A DNA stretch of 64,000 nucleotides from Tubiluchus corallicola. Its lineage: Eukaryota; Animalia; Priapulida. The first letter of the stretch is position 1, and the number at the start of each line of letters is the position of its first letter. The DNA lies in assembly GCA_030141605.1 (NCBI GenBank), contig JAQGDQ010000963.1, positions 1-64,000 of the forward strand. Direction: 5' to 3'. Position numbers and translations under genes: made by a program. Of this stretch, positions 53,030-62,985 are shown one piece after another. The notes beneath the pieces are model-generated. The model saw nothing but the letters and a program-made list of their open reading frames with translations, was not told the DNA's origin and did not search any database.

Positions 53030-53321
53030 AGAGAATAATGAATATACCAGAAATGCTGGAGTATCCAAGATGATCTTCAAACTCGGGTGGGAAACACTAG
53101 AAATTAGATGCCAACAAACGATACTAAACATTTTTCATGATATAGTGCATCACAGGATAGGTATAAATTTACCAACTTACACCGCTGCATCTCTCAAAGA
53201 TAACAACAAATTTGTTCAGCCATCAGTAAGGGTCAATATTTATTCATACTCCTACAGAAGAGCAATACGTTTGTGGAACAAACTTCCATCGGATATCAGA
53301 GAAATCACTTCCGAGCACTAG
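53030..53321 (+). mobile_element. LINE (CR1/L2-like) ORF2 3' end fragment
   Basis: VSKMIFKLGWETLEIR...YSYSYRRAIRLWNKLP typical of the CR1/L2 C-terminus. Confidence 0.75.
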
Positions 53322-54686
53322 CACCCTCTGCTGTTTCTACCATGAGTGTGCCAGCCCATCTAACCTGTCAGTAAATCTAACTGTGTTTTTAGCCTGCACC
53401 CACCATGTTTGTTTTGCTTGTTTCACCTCTTTTCATAACCTCTAATACCATCACCAGTTAGCGAGTTGATTTTCTCAGCGTGTATACTAACCACGTGCCC
53501 CTAAAACTTCTAGTATGTCGTCAAAGACTTTTAGAAGTATGTTATTCAAGACTTCAAGACCACAGTAAACTCAGTATAACTCAAAATCGCATAACCCATT
53601 CTTTCTCCCAACTCAAAGAATTTCAGCACAACCGACAAAATCTTTCATATTTCCACACAAAAAACTTGAATAAAAAATATGGTCCACTTATTCAAAATAC
53701 ATGTAATTTACCGTACCGTACTCAAAAATGCAATTTATACTCAAAAAAAATAAAGTTTACTACAACTCAAAAACAGTATCGTCTTCCGGCTGATTGAATA
53801 ATTGAACTATATACAAACTGCAAGACTTTGGTAGCGACACTGTCATATTGTTTAACAGTGTTGTGTACTAGTCCTTTTGTAACATCAAAAATCGTGTTTC
53901 ACTACATAATTTGTTATTATTTATGCAATTGTCATCAAATCTCGTTGTTTATGTATAGAAGGGTTGATTTTCCGCCTTCTATTTATCTTGCCATCTAGAG
54001 GAGGGTTAAGAGTTTTCATACTGCAAAATGGTCAACATTGCTTAACTCAAAAGCTTTTTTCCTGTCCGGGTGGATTTGAGTTTTGCGAAGTTAATGCATT
54101 TCTATTCATGTGAGTTTATTTATGCCAGTGCATAACTGGGAAAATGCCTCTAAAATAGGGCACTTGTCATCCACGCACGTTATTAAACCGACTGAAAACT
54201 CCCGCTATTGTAGGAAGAATGACCGAGTCTTTATTGAAATGGAAGTGGTGCTGACAAGCCACTGGCATCGCAGTGTATAATTTTTTGCTGGATTAACTGC
54301 TGTGTTTACCTGTCTTTGAAGGCAGATTTCAGAATTCTGCCTGCCCAATGTCAACAACTGATGTAACGGGCATATGATGATGATGGATGGATGATGATGA
54401 TGATATAACTCTTTTTCACTTTTCTTCCCTAATTACCACACACAAATGGAAAAGCAAAGAAAAACTCTTTTATAAAAGAAAGCGATTCATACTAAATTCA
54501 ATGTGATGAGGACATTCTAGACAAATATAGGTACAACGATAAAAATTTTTTTAGTATTGATACGATAATCGATAGTTAGTGATATGTATTGTTATCTTTA
54601 ATTTCCTTAATTTGTTATCTTATATTCTGACTACCTGGAACTTTGTCAACAATTACACACTTCCATAAAAAATACTTTTATAGAAT

Positions 54687-54692
54687 TTTATT
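54687..54692 (-). terminator. Candidate polyadenylation signal AATAAA of cadherin copy A
   Basis: tttatt on + strand ~250 nt after the stop; same position conserved in copy B (59833-59838). Confidence 0.4.
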
Positions 54693-54944
54693 GTGTATCA
54701 GTACAAGTACAGTACAAATTTAAAGTGCAACATAACATTTTTTAAAAAAGATACAAGACTAAAAACTGGGCATGAAAAAATTATAACATTCCTTTAAAAA
54801 AAGAAAACAAATAGCAAAATGTGCAAGAAAAAATTAAAACTTTCTTTTAAAAAAGTAACAGACAGGAAATTGTGTGTAAAAAATTATTATAACATTCAAA
54901 GGTAACAATTATTGAAGTTGGCAGCAAACAATAGACTACTAGAG

Positions 54945-56864
54945 TCAGTTTCCCATTTTGTATCGCTGCTGCATGATAATCATGTAGATTAGGACGCATA
55001 CGATACCAAACAAAACCAACGCAAAAACCATGAGTATGAGAACTTCGTTCATGCTAGTCACTGAATCATCTTGCAAGGCCCCTAACCAATCATCGATCTC
55101 TTGTACTACATTGGCCTCTACTTCAACTGCACTGCACAAGTCAACTTCACCAATTGCTGCATTTCCATCTATGCAGGCAAGGACAACTAAACTGTACTTT
55201 CCCAACGGCAAAGTTTTTATCATATCCGTGGCTGTAATGATGCCAGTTCCTTGCCGAGGAGACTTGATGACAAAGTACTCGTCCATAGTAAGCATTCTAA
55301 ACTTAACAACGTCTGCAGGTTCTGCGCTTACCACATTATTGTTATTATCGGCCGAAATGTTTTTCTCAAATTCGAAATCATAAAAGTCCTTTGAGAACTT
55401 TGGATTCTCCTTAATTTCCGCCACAACGGTCACCTCAACATCAGCCTCCCTCGACCCATCAGCATTTGCAGCCACTGCAACAAAAACATGGACTCCTGGA
55501 GTCAGTTTGCTCATAACTGTTATTATACCATAGCCGTCCACTCTAAACTCACTTACTGATTTGTTAGTCTTTGTCTTCAGACTATAAGAAAACTCCGGGA
55601 TGTTTGTCCGGGATAAATCTTCGGCTTGGACGAGCAATACGCTCCGTCCTACAGGAGCACTTCGTACAACTGTAGCTTTGTACAAATTTTGAGTAAATCC
55701 AGGGGGTGGTCCTTGAATTTGCACTGTAATGTGTATGCCTGTCATTGCAGTGTAGTACTCGGGTTCGCCATCCTTCACGTAAGCGGCTTTGACCGGCAGG
55801 AAATACTCGCGTTCTGTTATCTTTCCTATTATTTTCATGTCCCCTACACTTTCCTCTGGCATTTCTTTATTGTCTGCATTGACAAACTGAAAAGGTTTGC
55901 CATTAATTTGCAGCTTGTATCTTATGTGTTCATCACTTTTTCCCGATTCGCCGTCGACGGCAGAAATTCTGTTTGGCTTGACATTTATTATCGTCCCTAC
56001 TGGGTCATTGTCTTTTATAGTGGCGTAATACATTTCTGCATCAAATACAGGATTGAAATGGACATCTGCTACATCGAAAGTGAATACATGTGTGCCTTCA
56101 TTTGGCCAACGGCCTGCATCACGCATCGTAACTGTGACATTATACTGCGACTGCTGCTCATAATCTAGTTCCTTGTGCAAGAAAATCTCACAATTGTTGG
56201 TACCCTTTTTTGCTTCTGCTTTAAATGGGGAATTTTTGTCGTCGATGGAACACTTTGAAAAATAATAGTAGGGAGCTTTCAGATCGTCATCTAGCACCAC
56301 AAAACTTGCTAACATTGTTCCAATCTCAGCTTTTTCTGAAACAGGATATCTATCTCGCGTGTCTCGTGCTGCTCTTGGTGCGTGTTTATTCGCTGATGTT
56401 ATAGTAACATTCATATTTATGTCAAATTTTTCCTGTGGACGTTTAACTGATTTGCATTCTATTTTTATTCCCCAGCTTAAGACGGGTGAGTCACCTTGAG
56501 TGTTGAGATAGTCTGGTATAGTCTTTGTGTTTCGTAAACTGAATGCATATTTGTTATTCGCTGAGTTTCCCAAACGAAATAGTTGTTGTGGGTCTGACAC
56601 TAATCTGAATGTTAGAAGTTTGTAAGTGAGACGAGGTTGTTTACCAAAGAACAGACTAAAGGTGTTAATATTACGAGTCTCCACAACTTTAAAATAATAC
56701 TGCGATTTCATTACCTGATCACACCGACTTATATCTATTGCTGTTTTAGTCACGACTACAAAACTAAGAAAAACTATCATGGTAAGTACAATATTGTGCA
56801 AAATACTGGCCACAGCTTTGCCAGTGAAAGTACGGCTAACATGATCACGCACGATCAAATGCAT
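54945..56864 (-). CDS. Intronless cadherin-like type I membrane protein, copy A (~639 aa from MHLIV; signal, ~5 EC-like repeats, TM, 8-aa tail)
   Basis: Uninterrupted ORF; first ATG in aaaATG context at 56864; cadherin motifs VSE-AEIGT, VLDDD, ELDYEQQSQYNVTV, DAG, NPVF, AVDGE, AED; C-terminal hydrophobic helix followed by QQRYKMGN*. Confidence 0.9.
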   Translation of the reverse strand: MHLIVRDHVSRTFTGKAVASILHNIVLTMIVFLSFVVVTKTAIDISRCDQVMKSQYYFKVVETRNINTFSLFFGKQPRLTYKLLTFRLVSDPQQLFRLGNSANNKYAFSLRNTKTIPDYLNTQGDSPVLSWGIKIECKSVKRPQEKFDINMNVTITSANKHAPRAARDTRDRYPVSEKAEIGTMLASFVVLDDDLKAPYYYFSKCSIDDKNSPFKAEAKKGTNNCEIFLHKELDYEQQSQYNVTVTMRDAGRWPNEGTHVFTFDVADVHFNPVFDAEMYYATIKDNDPVGTIINVKPNRISAVDGESGKSDEHIRYKLQINGKPFQFVNADNKEMPEESVGDMKIIGKITEREYFLPVKAAYVKDGEPEYYTAMTGIHITVQIQGPPPGFTQNLYKATVVRSAPVGRSVLLVQAEDLSRTNIPEFSYSLKTKTNKSVSEFRVDGYGIITVMSKLTPGVHVFVAVAANADGSREADVEVTVVAEIKENPKFSKDFYDFEFEKNISADNNNNVVSAEPADVVKFRMLTMDEYFVIKSPRQGTGIITATDMIKTLPLGKYSLVVLACIDGNAAIGEVDLCSAVEVEANVVQEIDDWLGALQDDSVTSMNEVLILMVFALVLFGIVCVLIYMIIMQQRYKMGN

Positions 56865-58240
56865 TTTGTCTTGAATAAAGAATACCGCTTTGAGTAATGC
56901 AAAGTAAGTCAAATCAACATTCCACTGTGTGCTACAACAGTAATACAAGAACAGCTCAAGTGATCAATTCTGCATCGTCCTGTGATATCCTCCTTTTCCC
57001 ACTTTTTTGATTCTCCTCCAAATTTGCGCTTTGTTCAAAGCTACCCAGGGAGACGTTCCATTCCTGCTCAGCTGCTTCGCATTGTTTAACATCACACAAT
57101 GCTGTGAAAATGACTTCCAATTCTGTATAGGTATAGAACAATAAGGCTACACATAATTATTGTTTAACATTGTTTAACATTTTCTACACATTGTCATCAC
57201 CAAAAATAGTACTGCTGTTGGGCTATAGCCTCGAATCGAATATATATGTATATTTGTACAGTAGGCTCAAGGTTAATAGATTCAGTTGCTTAATTAATTC
57301 AAAAATGCATGGCACAGCCGCTTCTACTCAAATGTACATAAAAACTGCCGGTATTTAACTCAAATAATTCCTCATAATTGACTCAATATTTTTCCTTCAC
57401 ATACTTAAAATAAGACGTTTGTTTGTTCTCAAAGAGCATTTCCTACTTTGTCATCTTTACTGGGCTTTTCAAACTCTTTCTGGAATTTTCAAATGTCAAA
57501 TTATTATAAACTCATTACCAGAAAAGTCACTTGTGTCAAAGGCACTTCGGAAATGGTGCTGACAAGCCACTGACATAGCATTGCCTAGTTGTTTTGCTGG
57601 ATTACTGCTGCATTTACCTGTCTGAAGGCAGATTTCTTTTATTTTAGAATTCTGCCTGCCCAATGTGTACAATAGATGTAATGAGCATCTGATGATGATG
57701 ATGATGATGACTATTATGATGATAATGATAATGATGAACATAGTGAAAGAAAATATTTAGTATTTGATTACTCAGGAAAGTAACCAATGGCAGCGACATG
57801 TGTACACAATCCAATGTGTACAATAGATGTAATGAGCATCTGATGATGATGATGATGATGACTATTATGATGATAATGATAATGATGAACATAGTGAAAG
57901 AAAATATTTAGTATTCGATTACTCAGGAAAGTAACCAACGGCAGCGACATGCGGTTAAGTAACCGCAGTAACTGATTCCTAATAGTCGAATATGCCCACC
58001 ACTACTGGCTACTTTTAGAAAATATCCAGAGTCCGGAAAATCTTACCGGGCAGAAGACAGACATAGTTCCCCAGGCCATTTCTTGCAGAGAGAGACAATA
58101 CATGTATATTCTTAAAGTATTTTCTCATAAAATTTTAATAGCAAAAGTTTCAATTTTTCCCCTTCTTTATTAATAAAAATGACAAAATCATTCCACATTC
58201 CAGTACACATCAAATTTGCAATTATTACTTGAGGTAACAT

Positions 58241-58461
58241 AAATTAGATGCCAACAAACGATACTAAACATTTTTCATGATATAGTGCATCACAGGATAG
58301 GTATAAATTTACTAACTTACACCGCTGCATCTCTCAATGATAACAACAAATTTGTTCAGCCATCAGTAAGGGTCAATATTTATTCATACTCCTACAGAAG
58401 AGCAATACGTTTGTGGAACAAACTTCCATCGGATATCAGAGAAATCACTTCCGAGCACTAG
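58241..58461 (+). mobile_element. Duplicated, 5'-clipped copy of the same LINE fragment
   Basis: Near-identical to 53101-53321. Confidence 0.75.
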
Positions 58462-60095
58462 CACCCTCTGCTGTTTCTACCATGAGTGTGCCAGCCCATC
58501 TAACCTGTCAGTAAATCTAACTGTTTTTTTAGCCCGCACCCACCATGTTTGTTTTGCTTGTTTCACCTCTTTTTATAACCTCTAATACCATCACCAGTTA
58601 GCGAGTTGATTTTCTCAGCGTGTATACTAACCACGTGCCCCTAAAACTTCTAGTATGTTGTCAAAGACTTTTACAAGTATGTTATTCAAGACTTCAAGAC
58701 CACAATAAACTCAGTATAACTCAAAATCGCATAACCCATTCTTTCTCCCAACTCAAAGAATTTCAGCACAACCGACAAAATCTTTCATATTTCCACACAA
58801 AAAACTTGAATAAAAAATATGGTCCACTTATTCAAAATACATGTAATTTACCTTGCCATACTCAAAAATGCAATTTATACTCAAGAAAAATAAAGTTTAC
58901 TACAACTCAAAAACAGTATCGTCTTCCGGCTGATTGAACAATTGAACTACATACAAACTGCAAGACTTTGGTAGCGACACTGTCATATTGTTTAACAGTG
59001 TTGTGTACTAGTCCTTTTGTAACATCAAAAATCGTTTTTCACTACATAATTTGTTATTATTTATGCAATTGTCATCAAATCTCGTTGTTTATGTATAGAA
59101 GGGTTGATTTTCCGCCTTCTATTTATCTTGCCATCTAGAGGAGGGTTAAGAGTTTTCATACTGCAAAATGGTCAACATTGCTTAACTCAAAAGCTTTTTT
59201 CCTGTCCGGGTGGATTTGAGTTTTGCGAAGTTCAATTTATTTTTATTAATGTCAGTTTATTTATGCCAGTGCATAACTGGGAAAATGCCTCTAAAATAGG
59301 GCACTTGTCATCCACGCACGTTATTAAACCGACTGAAGACTTCCGCTATTGTAGGAAGAATGACCTAGTCTTTATTGAAATGGAAGTGGTGCTGACAAGC
59401 CACTGGCATCGCAGTGTATAATTTTTTGCTGGATTAACTGCTGTGTTTACCTGTCTTTGAGGACAGATTTCAGAATTCTGCCTGCCCAGTGTCTACAACT
59501 GATGTAACGGGCATATGATGATGATGGATGGATGATGATGATGATGATGATATAACTCTTTTTCACTTTTCTTCCCTAATTACCACACACAAATGGAAAA
59601 GCAAAGAAAAACTCTTTTATAAAAGAAAGCGATTCATACTAAATTCAATGTGATGAGGACATTCTAGACAAATATAGGTACAACGATAAAAATTTTTTAG
59701 TATTGATACGATAATCGATAGTTAGTGATACGTATTGTTATCTTTAATTTCCTTAATTTGTTATCTTATATTCTGACTACCTGGAACTTTGTCAACAATT
59801 ACACACTTCCATAAAAAATACTTTTATAGAATTTTATTGTGTATCAGTACAAGTACAGTACAAGTTTAAAGTGCAACATAACATTTTTTAAAAAAGATAC
59901 AAGACTAAAAACTGGGCATGAAAAAATTATAACATTCCTTTTAAAAAGGAAAACAAACAGCAAAATGTGTAAGGAAAAATTAAAACGTTCTTTTAAAAAA
60001 AATAACAGGCCAAAAATTGTGCATAAAAATATTATTTAAAAAACATTCAAAGGTAACAATTATTGAAGTTGGTAGCGAACAAGAGACTACTAGAG

Positions 60096-62045
60096 TCAGG
60101 TTCCCATTTTGTATCGCTGTTGCATAATAATCATGTAGATTAGGACGCATACGATGCCAAACAAAACCAATGCAAAAGCCACGAATATGGAAACTGCATT
60201 CATGCTGTAGCTAGTCGTTGAATCACCACGCACTGCTAATGTCCAATCATCGATCTCTTCTACTACTGTGGCCCCAACTTCAACTGCACTGCACAACTCA
60301 TCTTCACCAATTGCTGCATCTCCATCTATGCAGGCAAGAACAACGAAACTGTATTTTCCCACCGGCAAAGTTTTTATCATCATATCCGTGCTTGTAATGA
60401 CGCCGATTCCCTGCTGAGGAGACTCGATGACAAAGTACTCGTGCATAGTAAGTATTCTGAACTTAACGACATCTGCAGGTTTTGCGCTTACTGCAGCACC
60501 ATCACTGGCCGAACCGGTTTTCGCAAAATCGAAGGAATAAAAGTCCTTCGAGAACTTTGGGTTCTCTTTATTGGTTGTTTCTGCCAAAACGGTCACCTCA
60601 ATGTCAGCGAAGGTCGATCCATATTCATTTGCAGCCTCTGCAATAAAAGCATGGACTCCTGGAGTCAGTTTTTTCGTAACTTTTACGTTACCAGTATAAC
60701 GCTCCACTGTAAACTTAGCTAGACTAGCTAGACTGCTGGCGTTGTCTTTAATACTCTTCAGACTATAAAAAAAGTATGGGATGTGTGTCCGGGATAAGTC
60801 CTCAGCTTTCACAATCAATACGGGCCTTCCTTTTGGAAGACTTTCCACAACTGTAGCTTTGTACAAATTTTTAGTATATTTAGGGGGAGGTCCTACAATA
60901 TGCACTTCAATATGTATGCCTGTCATTGCAGTGTAGTGCTCGGGTTCGCCATCCTTCACGTAAGCGGCTTTGACTGGCATGAAATACTCGCGTTCTGTTA
61001 TCTTTCCTATTATTTTTATATCCCCTACACTTTCCTCTGGCATTTCTTTATTGTCTGCATTGACAAATTTAAAAGGTTTACTACTAACTTCCAAGCTGTA
61101 TCTTATGTGTTCATCACTTTTTCCCGATTCGCCGTCGACGGCAGAAATTCTCTTTGGCTTGACATTTATTATCGTCCCTACTGGGTCATTGTCTTTTATA
61201 GTGGCGTAATACATTTCTGCATCAAATACAGGATTGAAATGGACATCTGCTACATCGAAAGTGAATACATGTGTGCCTTCATTTGGCCAACGGCCTGCAT
61301 CACGCATCGTAACTGTGACATTATACTGCGACTGCTGCTCATAATCTAGTTCCTTGTGCAAGAAAATCTCACAATTGTTGGTACCCCTTTTTGCTTCTGC
61401 TTTAAATGGGGAATTTTTGTCGTCGATGAAACACTCTGAAAAATAATAGTTGGGAGCTGTCTTATCGTCATCTAGCACCACAAAACTTGCTAACATTGTT
61501 CCAATCTCAGTTTCTTCTGAAACAGGATATCTATCTCGAGTGTCTCGTGCTGCTCTTGGTGTGTGTTCATTCATTGATTTTATAGTAACATTCATTTTTA
61601 TGTCAAATTTTTCCTGTGGATGGGCGACTGACTGGCATTCTATTTCTAATACCCAGCTTAAGATGGGTGGGTCACGTTGAGTGCTGAGATAGTCTGAGAT
61701 ATACCTTGTAGTTCCTAAACTGAATGCGTATTTGTTATTCGCTGAGTTTCCCAAACGAAATAGTTGTCCTGCGTCTGACTTTAATCTGAATGTTAGAAGT
61801 TTGTAAGTGAGACCATTTTGTTTACCAAAGAAGAGAGCAAAGCCTCTGTTAGGCACACGATTGTCCCTAACTTTCCAATAATACTGCGATTTCATTACCT
61901 CATCACACCGACTTAAATCTATTGTTGAAGTCAAGACTACAAAACTAAGAAAAACTATCATGGTAAGTACAATATTGTGCAAAATACTGGCCACAGCTTT
62001 GCCAGTGAAAGTACGGCTAACATGATCACACACGATCAAATGCAT
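60096..62045 (-). CDS. Intronless cadherin-like type I membrane protein, copy B (~649 aa from MHLIV)
   Basis: Paralog of copy A with the same motifs and architecture; ORF intact, indels in frame; ends QQRYKMGT*. Confidence 0.9.
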   Translation of the reverse strand: MHLIVCDHVSRTFTGKAVASILHNIVLTMIVFLSFVVLTSTIDLSRCDEVMKSQYYWKVRDNRVPNRGFALFFGKQNGLTYKLLTFRLKSDAGQLFRLGNSANNKYAFSLGTTRYISDYLSTQRDPPILSWVLEIECQSVAHPQEKFDIKMNVTIKSMNEHTPRAARDTRDRYPVSEETEIGTMLASFVVLDDDKTAPNYYFSECFIDDKNSPFKAEAKRGTNNCEIFLHKELDYEQQSQYNVTVTMRDAGRWPNEGTHVFTFDVADVHFNPVFDAEMYYATIKDNDPVGTIINVKPKRISAVDGESGKSDEHIRYSLEVSSKPFKFVNADNKEMPEESVGDIKIIGKITEREYFMPVKAAYVKDGEPEHYTAMTGIHIEVHIVGPPPKYTKNLYKATVVESLPKGRPVLIVKAEDLSRTHIPYFFYSLKSIKDNASSLASLAKFTVERYTGNVKVTKKLTPGVHAFIAEAANEYGSTFADIEVTVLAETTNKENPKFSKDFYSFDFAKTGSASDGAAVSAKPADVVKFRILTMHEYFVIESPQQGIGVITSTDMMIKTLPVGKYSFVVLACIDGDAAIGEDELCSAVEVGATVVEEIDDWTLAVRGDSTTSYSMNAVSIFVAFALVLFGIVCVLIYMIIMQQRYKMGT

Positions 62046-62985
62046 TTTGTCTTGAATAAAGAATGCTGCTTTGAGTAATGCAAAGTATGTCAAATCAACA
62101 TTCCACTGTGTGCTACAACAGTAATAGAAGAACAGCTCAAGTGATCAATTCTGCATCGTCTTGTGATATCCTTCTTTCTCCACTTTTTTAATTCTCCTCC
62201 AAATTTGTGCTTTATTTAAGCTAGCGAGGTAGACATTCCATTCCTGCTCATTGTTTTCTTCACATTCTCTCACTTCACACAATGCTGTGAAAATGATTTC
62301 CAGACCTACTGTATAGGTATAGAACTATAATGCTATATATAATTAGCAACACTGTGACATTGTTTAACATTTTTATCCACTGTCTTTTCCCAGATGTCAT
62401 AATTTAATTTTCGCTTGGAAAACTGCTGACGCAAAGCCATTGTTCTGACGTCATCCATTATACTCTGCTGCTAGCTTTGCGTTAGGTAAATAAACAGACA
62501 CTAGGTGTAATTTTTGCGTATTTTTGATTATACGTGTATTTATAAGCAAAATTTTTTGCAGGACCTTTGCTAGTTACATATTAAAAAGAATTCTGAACTG
62601 CAATAACAAATTTTTTTAGCAGAATCGGGTGCAGTACTGCAAATGAACAAACCGAACACATCGAACAAGCGAACAGACACACAAACACTGAAAATAATTC
62701 CGCTTTTCATAGATCATAGATCATGTTATGTAGATCTGCATTCAGGTGAAACCAGGTTTTTGCATTGGTTGGCAAAAAAAGAATAGAGAATGATGTAAGA
62801 TAAAAAGGTGAGCTAATATCCTTGAAGTAGGTATCAGAAAAATTGCCTTAAAAATTATAAATTAAAAAAAATTATGATTCTTATTGATGATTTAGAATCT
62901 AGACTTATTGATGATTTATAATCCAGACTTTTGATGATTTACAATCAATCCATACTTATTGATGATTTACAATCCATACTTATTG

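Larger units (their letters stand above)
53101..62373. repeat. Tandem segmental duplication: unit A ~53101-57184, unit B ~58241-62373, ~1 kb spacer
   Basis: Both units start aaattagatgccaacaaacg and are colinear through the 3' flank, cadherin CDS and 5' region to tgtttaacatttt. Confidence 0.95.

Noticed and set aside
54945-54975. Clustered-protocadherin model with variable exons spliced to a constant cytoplasmic exon
   Set aside because: No GT donor between the TM segment and the stop in either copy; the stop position is conserved and a candidate AATAAA follows.
56865-56948. N-terminal extensions in the ORF track for the cadherins (MYYCC..., MTYFA...)
   Set aside because: They begin at TTG codons; the first ATG in a good context is MHLIV (56864 and 62045).
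53480-58937. Duplicated 105-aa ORFs at 53480 and 58620, and ORF 59104-59421
   Set aside because: Non-ATG starts, no recognisable domain, conservation explained by the recent duplication; the 59104 ORF is disrupted in the other copy.
55030-61680. Plus-strand ORFs opposite the cadherin CDSs as possible URB1 exons
   Set aside because: No URB1-like motifs recognised; they are antisense shadows of the cadherin reading frames.
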